DNA from: Eledone cirrhosa
Lineage: Eukaryota
Direction: 5' to 3'
DNA: 64,000 nucleotides
NCBI GenBank assembly: GCA_964016885.1
Contig: OZ024740.1
Location: 159,216,001 to 159,280,000, forward strand
Shown: positions 15,201-32,014 of the stretch, one piece after another
Layout: each line of letters begins with the position of its first letter
Numbering within the stretch: the first letter of the stretch is position 1
Translations under genes and position numbers: made by a program
Notes under the pieces: model-generated
Databases searched by the model: none
Told to the model about the DNA's origin: nothing
Seen by the model: the letters and a program-made list of their open reading frames with translations, nothing else

Positions 15201-18045
15201 GGGTATACAAGGCTAGTATAAGTTGTCCACAATTTAAAATAGTCAACTACACAGACCACAAATTTGTGATCTGTGAGATCGACATAGACAGACTTCATAG
15301 ACAAGGGCCTGGCTACTGGAAGCTGAACGCGTCGTTCCCGGCGCGCAAAGCCTACAGAGACCGGATTAGCGTATTAGTTAAGCGGGCGTTGACGGGAGCG
15401 GTCGTCAACAACAAGTGGTGGTTCGCCCTAAAAAGGGAAATTAAAGTAGAGTCAATTAGGTTTAGCAAAGGACTAGTGATAGATGAAAATAGAGTAGAGG
15501 GAGAGCTAGTCAGAAAGCTAGAAGAGGCGTTTAGGACAGGCATCGCAACCAACGTGCTTGCGGCGAGATTGGTACTCGACCAATTCTTCAAGGCAAAACA
15601 CGAAGGCTGCGAGCGTGCTCTGAAACACGAGGGGACAAAAGCCGTCCAATGGGCCCGGGTGGCAGAGGTGCGACGTGGCAACAAAGCCACAATTCGGTCT
15701 TTGTCTGACCAAAACGGGCACGTGTTGCTCGAAACCAAGCAGATGTGAGGCTTTTCAGCAGCAGTTTGCTGAACTGCTCGGGAGCAGCGGCGAGCCGGAT
15801 CGGGATATGGACTACAGTGCATACCTCGACGGACTTCCACGGCTTTCGACGACGGCAGCACAGTGTTGCGAAAAGCCAATAACAGCCGGTGAAATACGGG
15901 AAGCGATGGCTAACTGCACGAGGGGTTAATCGCTAGGTTTGGATGGTCTGCCCTACGAGCTTTATGCATTTATGCCAGACTTGTTCGGTGACCTCTTGGC
16001 AGACGTCTACTGCAACTGGCACCAGAACGGGAGCATTCTCAGTTTTGTGAGCCGGGGAGCGGTGGCGCTTCTGAAAAAAGACCCGAACAAGGGGGATGTT
16101 ATCGATAACTTCAGGCCCGGCTAAACGCAGAGTTCAAGATTTGGGCCAAGGTGTTATCAACGAGATTGGCGCTTGTCGTCGAGGGTCTAGTGGGAGAGGC
16201 GCAGATATGCGCCATTCCCGACAGAACCATACACGACAACCTCCACCTCATGCGATACATCGTAGAGAGGGTGGTTAAGGAACCTGGCACGGGTGGGGCC
16301 CTGATCAAATTGGATCAATCCAAAACATTCGATAGGGTCGACCATCGGTACCTGGCGGCGGTCCTCGAGGCAGCCGATTTCGGGCCTGTTTTCAGGGGTT
16401 GGTTCGCTGCGATGTACAGCGACATCTGCTCACTTGTGAGGGTGAACGGTCACCTGTCGCAGCCGTTCAGCATCATGCGCTCGGTCTGCCATTGTTGTCC
16501 CCTCTCGTCCCTCTTGTACTTATTGGCTCCAGAGCCATTACTGCACAAACTGGGGTCGGTGAGGGGCGTCCCACGCGAACTAGGATGCGGGAAATCCGAG
16601 TCGGCTTGCGCCGACGACATCACCGTGGTGATGTCGAGCACCAGACACGTCCAGATGCTCGGCGGCGCTCTCAGGGAATACGAAGAGGTGACAGGAGCAA
16701 AGTTAAACCAGGAAAAGTCGGTGGGCTTGCAGCTCGGCACCTGGAAAGGCAAGGCCATGCCGTCCGACAGCGTCGTGGGCGTTGGACGGACGGACCGGTT
16801 AAATTGCTCGGGGTCTGGTTCGGACCGGACCTCCAGATGGAGAAAAACTGGAGCGAGGTGACGAACAGGTTGGCCTTCCTCACCCAGAAATGTGCCGAGA
16901 GGAAGCTGTCCCTGAAAGGCCGGGCGGAGGTGGCGAATGCGTACATCGCATCCGTCATCTGCTACCACCTCACCGTCGTCCCTTTCCCCGGCCCAACTCT
17001 CACCAAAATGGAGCACCTCCTCTTCCGCTGTTTGTTGAAAGGACGCGCTCCCATGGTCACACGATCCATCTGCTGTCAACATTCGTTGACATGCCCAGTC
17101 CTCCACGCAGGAGGACTGGGCATGTAATGGCTGATGATGCGCAAACATGCACTGAGGTTGCGACATCTCTGGTGCTTCCTTGACGGTGAACAGGTGTGGT
17201 CACCGTTCGCCAGGCACGTTTTCCCACAGCCCGTCTCCTTGACGGAACTGCAGTCCTGGGTCAGGAAATACCGATGGATAGCGCTTGGAAACTGGAATGT
17301 CTACAGGCGCTCACTGCCCTCTGCCAGCTGGGCACCAGTATCGGTGGAACATCCATCTCGGCGTTCTATAGAGGACTAGTGGAGGGGAAGAGCGACGATG
17401 TTCTCGGAGAGATGCTGGGTGTCGAAGAAGATCAGCTGTTTGCTCTCTTCCGGAGTACTTTCAGCCCAGGGCCTATGGATAACTTCCAGAAATCCCTGGC
17501 CTGGCAGTGCTGCCGGGGACCTTTGCCGGTTCGGGACAAGCTCTACAGGCACGGAAGTGCCGTTAGCCGAGCCTGTCCAAGATGCGCGCAGAGCAACGAA
17601 ACCGTCGTGCACGCACTCGTTCAGTGGCCGAGCATTGCTGACTTATGGAGCTATGTCGAACAGTTGCTGTCGCGTGTAGGACCGATCTGGTTACCGACTG
17701 AGACCATTGTGCAGATAGTCTCGCCATCTTCCTTCGATGAGGAAGGGCAGGCGGTTTTCATCTGGCCAGCAATTACCCAGTGCATTACTGGTACTTTATT
17801 TTATCGACCCCGTGAGGATGAAAGGCAAAGTGAACCTCGGCGTGATTTGAACTCAGACCGTAGAGGGACGTAACTATGCTGGAAAGCATGGCGTCCGACT
17901 CTCCACCGATACTGCAAATCCACCGCCCTTATATAAATAATAAAAATCTTTACACGCACAAAACCCACATCGTACCATCCTGTACCGTCCTGTGCCGTCT
18001 GTAATGCTTATCTTGATGTCAGCCCTTGTGGCCAATAAAGAAATC
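12295..18045 (+). mobile_element. near full-length L1/Tx1-clade LINE (5' UTR, ORF1 from about 12511, ORF2 APE-RT), frameshifted
   Basis: ORF1 has a degenerate zinc knuckle (WYLCGSKGHLRAFC). ORF2 has APE motifs (VVAISET, VYAP, GNWN, SYIDR, TDH) and RT motifs (LDQSKTFDRV, CADD). The 3' end is CCCTTGTGGCCAATAAAGAAATC+ATTATT. Confidence 0.93.
17764..17928 (-). mobile_element. tRNA-derived SINE replacing part of the Tx1 3' region
   Basis: Reverse complement of the SINE consensus. Tx1 sequence resumes at 17929, matching 59776 onward. Confidence 0.88.
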
Positions 18046-18420
18046 ATTATTGAATATGGTTGTCAGTTTCGGGTGGAGGGTTGTTATGTTTTTAATCCAA
18101 TACCCTTGCACACCATCTGGGCCTGGTGATTTCCAGTTGGTTAGTTTTTTGGCCTGCCCTTTAATAGTTTCAACTGTGACACTCAAATCAGGTTGTTGGC
18201 GTGCCTGTTTACTAATCTCCTTTTGAACTGTCTCAATCCACACTGCCTGACCATTATGTTCAACATCCTGCTCCCATATTCCTCTCCAGAATGTCTTAGT
18301 CTGTTCCGCCTCAGGGATCACGTGGTTACCTCCTCTTTTCCTTCAAGCTGTCCAAACAACATCTTCTGGCTGTTGTCAAACATGTGTTCTGTCTATACTG
18401 ACTTATTATTATTACCAAAG
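18046..18420 (-). mobile_element. R4/Dong fragment (pre-RT region), probably the continuation of family A at 9871-11882
   Basis: ORF 18019-18321 contains FWRGIWE...HN..A.WI...NWKSPGPDGVQGYWIK, homologous to 56292-56573. Confidence 0.8.
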
Positions 18421-19489
18421 GTCTTCTCGTTCATTTGCAATTTTTGAAAAAAAAAATCACATTATTGTTCGCACCAGTCACTCATTGGATAGTTCCAGTA
18501 GCATGTCAGTGTTTTTCTTCCTGAAATAAAAAAAAAGTTTCAAGCCCATCCTTTTTCCATTTCTGAATAAGAGGACGCTGCGATTGATTGGTCTCACGAC
18601 CCTTGTCATTGCATGTAGCTCATTTTGAGCGAAAGCAGAGGAAAGGAAAATCTCCCTCTCTCTCTATTTAGATAGACAACTGATATCAGTACTTGACTGG
18701 TACTTTATCGACTCCTGGAGGATGAAGGGCAAAGTTATCTTCAGCGTGGTTTAAAGCATAGACTTAGAACAAAGACCAAAAGGCATTGAATTATACCTAA
18801 ATTCTTCGAATTATTATCAATGAAATTTGTTTCCATTCAGTAAGATGAAAGTTTGAATTGGTTACCACATAAAGAAAATGAAACTACGTAATAAGTCCAA
18901 TACTGCCATCACGATATTGATTGATAACTTGTAGCGAAGCCATATTTCTATAATCAATAATATCTCAGGTGTGCTTAACGGCTAATAACCGAAAGCAAAT
19001 ACCTTCCCAAGGTGAAAGTTTGAGGTGGAGGAACAAATAGACAAACACAATTTCGATACCTTTGCACATGTAGTAACCAAGCTAGTTTATTCATGTAACT
19101 TTTACGTGATTTTCTAAATATATCAGAATCCATACGTATATTTTCTGGACAATCTATACAACTCTTATTTTAATAGGTTAAGCTTGGACTTTCTTGAGCC
19201 TAGAAGGTACATCGTCAGAGTTTATATCAGATTTATGTTGTGCTAATCGATAGTAGATATGAAACCCCAGATTATTATTCTCGATACCCCATATCCATCT
19301 CACTCTCTTCCTCACAAACAAGACGGTGAGATAGATTAGATCTGGAGTATCGAGATTAATAATATGGGCGTTACATAATTACTATTAATTAGTCACTATA
19401 TCAATTCATCATGATCAAATGCCTTCTGAAACAATCGTAAAACTAAGAACTGACTAAGCATTTAACTTCACCATTTGTTTTCATTGTTC

Positions 19490-19490
<1 letters not shown>

Positions 19491-19568
<78 letters not shown>
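19491..19568 (+). repeat. (CA)n microsatellite
   Basis: Seen directly. Confidence 0.98.
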
Positions 19569-19572
<4 letters not shown>

Positions 19573-20242
19573 GACTCTGTAGCTCGTTTAGAATGCACAA
19601 CAGAATCTGATGTGATGAAAGCCCACTACAAAAGCCAGAACTCTCATCACTTGATCACATTGAAATTAATACTTCAGGACTACATGGAGTTATAACGTTA
19701 TTGTCCCAATCATATACAAGTAAATACCAGTATGTACATGTATTTGTATTCTCTATTGAAATCCCTGGTAGGGTGCTTCATGGCTTGTTCATTTTTTCAA
19801 GTTGAAGTAGTACCAACGTGTTCCCCGTGAACCGTCAGGAATGGTTTACCTCCTCTTCGGTGTCAAGTTATGTGTCACTGAAAGTCGAGGTTACTATTAC
19901 AGTAACCAATGTCCATCAGAGTGATGTGGTCGATAGCTAATCGAATCTCTCCGTTCCAGGGAGGCTAATCCCCGCTGAAAATGCGACTCTAATCACTTAC
20001 CTAATATTTACTATCATTACCTAATAACAAACAACCATAAGGTAACAAATATTTGATCAGGTTATATACCCATATATAGTATTATTCTGAAATTGTCGTA
20101 CTAATTTGCATATACTTAGCGCTTACGTTGGTCGGGAGTTACGATATAAATTAAGAAATGCGGTAGAACCCGAAGTGTAAAATATAATTATATCTGTATA
20201 CATACAGAGTGGGTAACCTAGATTGCACTTCTTAATATATCG

Positions 20243-20427
20243 GAGGATTGGCAGTATCGGTAGAGGGTCGGACGCTATGCTTTGACGTATAGAGTTACGG
20301 CCCTTGCCATTCTGAGTTCAAATCCCGCCGAAGTTAACTTTGCCTTTCATCCTTACGGGTCGATAAAATAAAGTACCAGTAATGCTCTGGGTAATTGCTG
20401 GCTTTGTGCCAAACGTAGAAACAGTTA
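20243..20427 (+). mobile_element. tRNA-derived SINE
   Basis: A-box TGGCAGTATCGG, B-box GAGTTCAAATCC, and family body and tail. Confidence 0.9.
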
Positions 20428-20864
20428 TTAACTACATATTATAAATGTGCATATCTATATACACATTTTAGGTATACAGATAAATCTTTATCGTACACTT
20501 CGGCTACCAGCGCACTTCTTCATACATATCTTAAGTACAAACACGTACGCTAATTAGATTACGTCAATTTCAGAAAAATACTAAGCGCTAATGGATATAT
20601 AACTCCATCAAACGCGTGTTTCCTTGTGGTTGTTTTGATGATATACACGCCTTCTGAGCAGGGCCAAACTACGTCAGAAAATTGATTAAAGGTGTTTATC
20701 GTGTTTTCAATTTACAAAGAGATTCATACTTTCTGGCATATTTACATGCTTACATAATAAAAATGTGAATAATTACACACATTTTGGTGCAGTCTCAGTT
20801 TCTCACTCTGTATGTATACAGATATAACTTTATCGTACACTGTTATCACAATTCTTCATATATG

Positions 20865-20896
<32 letters not shown>

Positions 20897-20903
20897 GACA
20901 TAC

Positions 20904-20999
<96 letters not shown>

Positions 21000-21000
<1 letters not shown>

Positions 21001-23136
21001 TATCGCCCACTTATTATTTAGAGGGTCGTGAGAGAAAAGTCCTCAAACACTCCAGTGAGTCCTGTCAGAAGCAACCGTCTCCCCCTAATCCGTCTGGATC
21101 CCCAAGCGAAACCACCCAAGCTCATGGATGCTATCCAAACATCTTTCTCGGGGTCTACCCCCAGGTCTCCTGCTGGTTGGTTTTGTCCGTAAAATCTATC
21201 TACCGACTCTTTCCTGAGATATTCTAAACATAGTATCGCAGCAATGATCTTTTAAATCAGAGATGTAGCGGCTCTAGCTGGAGTGACTCTCTGATATCCG
21301 AGTTACGCATTCTTTCAAAGGAACTCCATTTCGGCCGCTTCTATTCGCGATCGTATTCTTTCGGTCATTACTCCTGATTCATGATCATGTGTAAGGGTTG
21401 GCACGAATAGCGAATTGAAGACAGCGTGTTTGGCTTTTACACCTACCTCCTTTCTGATTACTGAATGCTGAAGTTGGCGCATTACTGCACCAGCTCCTGC
21501 AATTCTCGCACATAATTCAGCCTCCTGCCTTCCATCACTCGTGAACACGTCCATGAGATACTTGAACTTCTTTTCTTGCTTCAGTGAAACTCCAATCACA
21601 TGTAAAGTGCACTGCTTAGGCTTCCTTGAGAGGGCGAATATCTGAGTTTTCGCAGCTCTCATGTTTATTCCAGCCATGCAGCACTCGACATCAAATCTAT
21701 CAAGTGAAAGTCGGAGATCACCTTCTGTTGAATTAAGTAACACTATGTCGTGTGTAAATTCTAGCCGACTAATTTTACACCCGCCTGTCTTAATACCGCT
21801 TCCAACCCGGCTGCGTATATCAATCCAGTTCATGTAAATAATTGTTTCTACTTTTTAGCACAAGGCCAGCAATTACCCAGTACATTACTGGTACTTTATT
21901 TTATCGACCCTGTAAGGATGAAAGGCAAAGTTAACCTCGGCGGCATTTGAACTCAGACCATAAAGGGCCGTAACTCTTTGCTGCAAAGCATGGCGTCCGA
22001 CCCTCTACCGATACTGCAATGTAAATAATGAACAGGAGAGGTGACAGTACGCACCCTTGGCGGAATCCGACTCTCACATTGAATGGTTTCGATTTAGCAC
22101 CATCTATTCGTACACAAATACTTTGCCATTCGTATAGAGACATCGAGGCAGAAAGAAGCTGACTTTCGATCCCATACTCCTGCAGGACATTTCACAAAAC
22201 AAGAATATACCAAGGTCGACAACAAGAATATACCTCTTGGCAATACTCTTATGATTTCTCGAAGACCCGCGTCAGGTATTATAGAGGAGGATTAACAAGC
22301 AGATCCTTCTGTAATTCGAAAATTGGGGTTAGGTGCCACTCCAGAGATCCACGCAACCCGGCACACAAGAGTCAGACGATAAAATAAAGTACCAGTAATG
22401 CTCTGGGTGATTGCTGGCCTTGTGCCAAAAGTAGAAACAATTATTTAAGGCTTTTAACATTTCATCTTCTCCGGTTGCCTTGGCACATTTGAGTTTTTTA
22501 ACTGCTCTTGTGACATCAGCCTTTGATAGATTAGTCACCACTCCCAGATGCATCTCGTGTACATCCGAATATGCTTTTGTGATCGGGTTTAGGAGACAGC
22601 AAAGTATTCTCTTCACCTCGCGAGGATGCACCTCTCTGAAAAGAGAACCCCAGACGCCTTCTTAATAGCAGGTGTGGAGGAAGGAGTCTTATTACGAAGT
22701 CGGCGGGTGGTCTGCCAGAACATTTTATTTGGTGATGTGAAGAGACCTGTCTTTCAGCTTAAGCTTTAAGAGGCAAATTCTCCCTTACAATGGGATCCAG
22801 TCTATAAAACATTCTGACAGCTGGGGACTTGTGCGTATCCATACTGCTGCCTATCCAGTCATTTCTGGCTCCACACCCGAATAGTGGAGTTTCCATCCTC
22901 CATCTAAATCTACAGTAACAGGGTCACGGAAGTTTGTTGAGGAAACCCCGACTATATCAAGCCGGTAGCAACAAGCCCCTCCACTAGTTCCAGCTTCTTA
23001 CCTGTAAGGGTTGTGAAGTTCCAGGTTCCAACTGTTAAGGTTTGCTCCTCTCCTTAACAGTTGGAACCTGGAACTTCACAACCCTTACAGGTAAGAAGCT
23101 GGAACTAGTGGAGGAGGCTAGTTGCTACCGGCTTGA
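21000..23136 (-). mobile_element. RTE-clade LINE, decayed and internally deleted, with 5' inverted duplication and SINE insertions
   Basis: APE start GTWNFTTLTGK, RT motif GFRQGCVLSPLLFIIY, and downstream FKYL...RIEAAEMEFL. The 3' end abuts (TA)n. Confidence 0.85.
21843..22020 (-). mobile_element. tRNA-derived SINE inserted in the RTE RT region
   Basis: Reverse complement of the SINE consensus. It splits the RT reading LLFIIY/MNWID, and ATGTAAATAAT appears on both sides (TSD-like). Confidence 0.9.
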
Positions 23137-23661
23137 GACTTTGGAGTTTCGGGATACGCAATTTTTGTGCGTACATGCCAAGCCTCCTTGGACAGGTCAC
23201 AAGCCCATCGCCAGTTTTTGCGGCATGAAATAGAGACTGCAATATATTTTTTGAACAGGGCCCTCTATCTAAAGCCTCAACGGATACCTTGTTAACTCTC
23301 ACGAAGGACGTGCGGTATGGGTCTTTTTTGTTTTCCTCATCATATTGCAGTTTAATTTTCAGTGGTCTTATTCGCACTAGTCACCAATCAAGTAGTTTGT
23401 CAAACCTGCAAAGACTAGGCTTATTTAGAAGTTGCCTTTACTGGAACTAGGCATGGCTACGTCACTGGATTGTGAAAGTTTTCTTGAGAGCTACAGCTGT
23501 CATCCATTAATCAATCTCCTCTTGTAAATTACCGATGTTGGTCTGCGGTTGTTTATCGCAACTAGTCATCATATCCGGTGGCTGTATCGTTATCCGCCAT
23601 CTGCGACATCTAGCAGAACAACTTTGGCGAGAATATATATATGTGTATACATAATGTGTGG

Positions 23662-23714
<53 letters not shown>

Positions 23715-23879
23715 CGTGTATACATAATGTGTGGGTGTATGTCCCACCCCCACTCTCAAGCTTGAAACTAAAAACCATACCATTTGTACTGCCTCTCTAT
23801 TTTTTGTTCTCTGTTTATTTATTCAACTATATATATATATATATATATATACAGTATTTTCCGTTGTGTTGTAATATAA

Positions 23880-26296
<2,417 letters not shown>

Positions 26297-26352
26297 TAAT
26301 TAAAACAATGAAATAAAAACAAAGAACAGGTTCCTTATATTAAAAAATTCAT

Positions 26353-26429
<77 letters not shown>

Positions 26430-26543
26430 AATCTAGGGCGGGTAAAATTACCGAGATCCATGGACGAGTTCTCTCCACCGGTCTCTGTCCCTCATTATCG
26501 CTGCCATGTCCAACACTGGAAGAGGAAGACCAAGGTTAACATA
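26430..26543 (-). mobile_element. tiny RTE 3' end with 5' inversion, inside (TA)n
   Basis: 26430-26510 is the reverse complement of about 32913-32993. 26512-26543 matches 32840-32872 in sense. Confidence 0.8.
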
Positions 26544-26817
26544 TATATATATATATTTAATTATATATACATATGTATATGTAAATATATAATTATATAT
26601 ATATGCATGTATATATATATTTAATTATATATATTTATATATGCATATATATATCCAATTATATATATATATATAAGAAGAAATTGTATAAATATATATA
26701 TATTAATAAAAGAAATTCCAACTTTGTCTGATTAACTCGTTTTATTTACAATCCTTTAAAATTATAATGATATTATAATGAAATAGTATGGTAGAATATT
26801 AAACGTTAAATGTTAAT

Positions 26818-26856
26818 TGAACAAGTACTTTCATGCTTTCGCAATCTTTAGGTTCA
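26818..26856 (-). ncRNA. minimal hammerhead ribozyme (core mutated to CTAAAGA)
   Basis: tgaac-CTAAAGA-t-tgc-gaaa-gca-t-GAAA-gtac-TT-gttca. It lies in a repeat (about 26708-26895) shared with about 48163-48362, whose copy has an intact CTGAAGA. Confidence 0.7.
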
Positions 26857-27055
26857 TATTCAGTGGGGACAGTCAAGTTTGCAATTTTCAACTGTAATGA
26901 GATGGCTAAAATCTGTGCCTTATATACAGTAAAAAGGGCTACAGAATGCTAAGTTTTGCAAACTATATTTCGACCAATCGGTGTGTGGCTTCACTAGATT
27001 ACTAAAGTTGATTGGTTTAATCGTCATGGTTGGTTGAGCATGTCTAACGACTTCT

Positions 27056-27403
27056 ATTTGACCCTATCCAAAGCATCAATTGTTTTGCTATTTTTAGAAA
27101 TGATGAAAATAGCATTTTCTAGGGTTTTTATGAAAAAATCTTCAGTAATCATCAATATCAACATCAAGAATGTTATTGATAAATTCCAACCCAAGCTAAA
27201 TGAACAATAATAATGCTTAGGGGTATTACTTCTACTATGACTACGCCTACGACCATGTCTACTACCACCACTAACAACAACAACAATAATAATAATAAAA
27301 TTGATGTTGATGATGATTACTGAAGATTTTTTATAAAAACCCTAGAAAATGCTATTTTCATCATTTCTAAAAATAGCAAAACAATTGATGCTTTGGATAG
27401 GGT

Positions 27404-27408
<5 letters not shown>
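27056..27408. repeat. inverted repeat with arms of about 110 bp (27056-27167 / 27301-27408)
   Basis: The arms are reverse complements and end at (TA)n, consistent with the inverted pLTR of a PLE. Confidence 0.85.
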
Positions 27409-27458
<50 letters not shown>

Positions 27459-27465
<7 letters not shown>

Positions 27466-27743
27466 AGAAAAAATGGAATCAGTGTTGCGACGAATGGAAT
27501 TTATTGGACATATTACAATCGTTTCTCTGGCGACCAGCTCGAGGCACGATCGATGTGATGATCGAACGTGACTCTGAAAATCACAAGGTCCTCAGATACG
27601 TCTTGATTCTACGAAACAGATTTTCCTATGTCTTTTTACATCGATATACTTCGCTTGTCGAGCTGGTCGCCAGAGAAACGATTGTAATATGTCCAATAAA
27701 TTCCATTTGTCGCAACACTGATTCTCTTTTTTTTCTGTGATAT
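27459..27743. repeat. inverted repeat with arms of about 85 bp; probable PLE pLTR remnant
   Basis: Arms are 27459-27542 and 27658-27743. They contain a hammerhead 3' half (GAAAC-GATT-GTA) and AATAAA. Confidence 0.85.
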
Positions 27744-27865
27744 CACACTCTGCTCTATGAGAGCATCGAGTGCTCATACGGAGGCTTTAAGCATACGGAC
27801 GCTTTAAGCATCCAACACCAATTATATATGTATATATATATGCATATATGCATATATATATATTC

Positions 27866-27996
<131 letters not shown>

Positions 27997-28245
27997 TGTA
28001 TGTGTGTGTGTGTGTATAAGTATTTTCTAGTTTATCGACTTGCTCCAGGTTCTTGTGAATTCTAACGCTAGTTTCTTAATAAAACCAATCGATTCTGCCA
28101 GTCCTTTACTAACTCATTGGCTTGTGAGCGTGGTCGATTATCTTATTCTTACGGTGTAATAACCTTTGAATGGGATACAGTAGTGGAAGCCGGTGTTTTT
28201 TCTATTGACTTTTTCAATTGATTCTGTTGGTGTTCTTCTGGAAAA

Positions 28246-28246
<1 letters not shown>

Positions 28247-28302
<56 letters not shown>

Positions 28303-28397
28303 CGCGCGCGTGTGTGTGCGTGTGTGTGTGTGTATGTGTGTGTGTCTGTGTGTGTGTGTGTGTGCGCGTGTGTGTGCGTGTGTGCCTGTGTGTGTGT
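28247..28397 (+). repeat. (TG)n compound microsatellite
   Basis: Seen directly. Confidence 0.97.
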
Positions 28398-29644
28398 ATG
28401 TTAGGGGTTGCGATGTTGCTGTTGATAGATGCCATTTAAATTACTTTCATCTGCAAATATTGAAGTATTTGACCTTTCTACTTCTCATCAGCAATTTGGT
28501 AAGCCTTTACACGGTCATTGCTTAACATGTTAGAAACAGAAGCTAATTCTTTCTGAAATGTCTTCCAACCAGTTTTATTTTTCATTTAAAGTAAAAACAT
28601 TCAAATTAGATTATATACTATGTCTAAAAAATATGATGGATGGTTGTTACCAGAACGATTTTACTAATAGATTTGTCTGATCAGGGTTGTTCTGGAGGCC
28701 AAACAACAGCAACAACAACAATTCTTCGTCCTTGGTAAGATAGAATATCTTGAATATGGACGTAATGTTCTTTTACCACAATTTCGAGTCGGCTCAAGAC
28801 TTGTGAGAGAACCTCGACAGATGAAAACCGTTTGGAGGCTTGTAAGATGAGTTTTACCTGTAATTCCAGAGTTCAACCAGTTTCGCTTTCTTTTCCGCTA
28901 ATTTAGTTTTGGAGTTATATTAATGCTCAGTCACTTAATTTGTTCAACGCGGAGGACATTGAATTGGTCGATCAATAAAATAATTATTCTCGAAACTGAT
29001 GGAGGGTCAATCATATGTGATAATACGGTAGGAGGTCACAACTTTAACGCCTTAGAAGATTTGTGCGATCAGAGGTTAAAAAGCAGCAACAATGGCTACA
29101 ACATACAAAAATATCCCCCCGAAACAGCAAGGATTCTTCGCTTCTGGGGTCATTCATAGAAGTAATATCATTATATGACACTGTTGGTCTTGCTTCTGTA
29201 GTTGTTGCAGCTCACAATTGCATAGGTTTAGCCAGGTTCTTATTAGGTTTCTGGTGTAATTTAAGTACGCGTCTCCCAGTCTTATCTTTAATACCACTGG
29301 TGTGCATCAGAAAATAAAAGTGTAGAAATATTATTTACATCGTAATATTTATGTTTAAGATAACATCTTGATCTGTTGTCCCTGAAGAATTACTAAGTTG
29401 GCTCTGCCTCACTCTGATGTGAAGATACGCGAGAAGGCTTCAATAAACAATCTCTCTGACACTGTGTCAACTTTTACATGGGACCGACATTCGCACACGT
29501 ATATACAATACGTGTTACTTTAGGCTAAACGTTTTTCTAAAAAGATGAAAACGTTCATAACAACTTTGAAATGAGATATGATTTAAGCCTCTTAAATATG
29601 ATGCAATAGACACCATAGTTCACAATAAATCATTTTAGAAGGTT

Positions 29645-29855
29645 GGATTGGCATAATTGGCAGAGCGTCGGATAAAATGTCATTGCGATATTTGTTCTTG
29701 TTCTTTACATTCTGAATTCAAATCCTAACGGTGTTAACTTTACCTTTTATCCTTCTAGTCTCAATAAAATAAAGTACCATACAAATACTGGGTTAATTTA
29801 ATCGACACTTCCCTTACAAAAATTACTGCATTCGTGTCTATGCTAGAAGCAATTA
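29645..29855 (+). mobile_element. old tRNA-derived SINE
   Basis: TTCTGAATTCAAATCC...CCTTTTATCCTT...ATAAAATAAAGTACCA...TAGAAGCAATTATT. Confidence 0.7.
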
Positions 29856-29974
29856 TTTCTGCTTACACAAGATGTTTATCTTTTCAAAGAAAGTTATTTC
29901 TAATCGTCGAATTGTTGGCAACTGGATTTGCATCGGGGAATTGGTATCAAGGAATGGTTGCTGGTGAACCCTCG

Positions 29975-30500
29975 TTGGTGAATTACCGCCGGTGAGCCGT
30001 CGTCGGTGAATAACTGCCGGTGAGCCGTCGTCAGTGAATTACCGCCGGTAAACCGTAATCGGTGAATTACCACCGGTGAGCCGTCGTCGGGGAATTACCA
30101 CCGGTGAGCCGTCGTCGGTGAATTGCCGCCGGTGAACCGTAGTCGGTGAATTACCGCCAGTGAGCCGTCGTCGGTGAATTACCACCGGTGAACCATAGTC
30201 GGTGAATAACTGCCGGTGAGCGGTCATCGGTGAATTACCGCCGGTGAAGCGTAGTCGGTGTATTGCCAGCGGTGAGCCGCCGTCGGTGAATTACCACCGG
30301 TGAGCCGTCGTCGATGAATTGCCGCCGGTGAACTGTAGTCGGTGAATTACCACCGGTGAGCCGTCGTCGCTAAATTGCCGTCGGGGAATTACCGCCGGTG
30401 AACCGTAGTCGGTGAATTACCGCCAGTGAGCCGTCGTCGGTGAACTACCGCCGGTGAACCCTTGTCAGATAATTCTAGTCGCTGTATTGCCATCGGTGAA
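29975..30500. repeat. GC-rich minisatellite with a 28-bp unit made of two related 14-mers
   Basis: CGGTGAATTACCGC alternates with CGGTGAGCCGTCGT or CGGTGAACCGTAGT. Confidence 0.95.
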
Positions 30501-31246
30501 TTATTTGCACATGTTATGAGAGTAATGTTATTCCTTGTTCCATTCCGACATATGGATATATTTCTTATATTTTTCATTTTCCGGCTTATCGGTTTGGCTT
30601 TAAGGTTAAAGTGTACCAGTGCATACATACAGCTCGAGTAAACATGTTTTGTTTTTACTGACTCCTGATATGTTTTTATTCCAATAATTATTTTTCCCAG
30701 TTTTTGTTTTGCCTGTATCAGTATTGCCACCAGTGGCATTATTATTACTGTTATTGTTATCGTCGGCGTCGCATTATTGGTCATTATTGCAAGGGACTAC
30801 AATACTGTTATCGATTTTACTCTGTTCTTTGTATTATGGTCGATATTGTTTACATCTTTGTTATTATTATTGTTGTTACATTATTGCAGGTAGAGACAAT
30901 ACTGCTATCGATTATTTATATAGGTAATGTTGATTTTGATGTTGTTGTTGCTTTTGTTGTTGCGGCTCCTCTTAATGTGGGAATTATAGCTGCTATTTGA
31001 GCAATTGTTCCCAACGGCTACAAAAGAATGTTATTTTCTTTCCTCCACCCATCACCATCTGGCACCTCTAGACAAGCAGGTTACCACAGTATTGGATATG
31101 ACCTTCTCACAATGTGTTACCCACCATCATCACTCCACCGTATTTCGTTGAAATAACAAATAACAATTATCAATATTCAATATATTTTTTACGGTATGGG
31201 CGGTGGGAGGAAGATACAAACCCCTCCCCCCACACACACATATATT

Positions 31247-31837
<591 letters not shown>

Positions 31838-32014
31838 AAAAGAAAGAAATAGATAACAAAATAATTCTCCACCTTTTATTTGTTATAATTAGAAACTAAG
31901 GCCTTTCTATCAACGTGATAGAAAACAAAGGGGAATGATACACACAGTGACTGTTAGATTATTGGATTTACTGTCCTTTGGCGTTCAATCATCCAATAAT
32001 AATAACAAAAACAA

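Noticed and set aside
20600-20680. Minus-strand CTGACGT...GAAACACGCGTT hammerhead-like motif
   Set aside because: The core is mutated and I could not form convincing stems I and II.
29975-30500. Regular short repeats resembling a CRISPR array
   Set aside because: No unique spacers, no cas genes, and a eukaryotic context.
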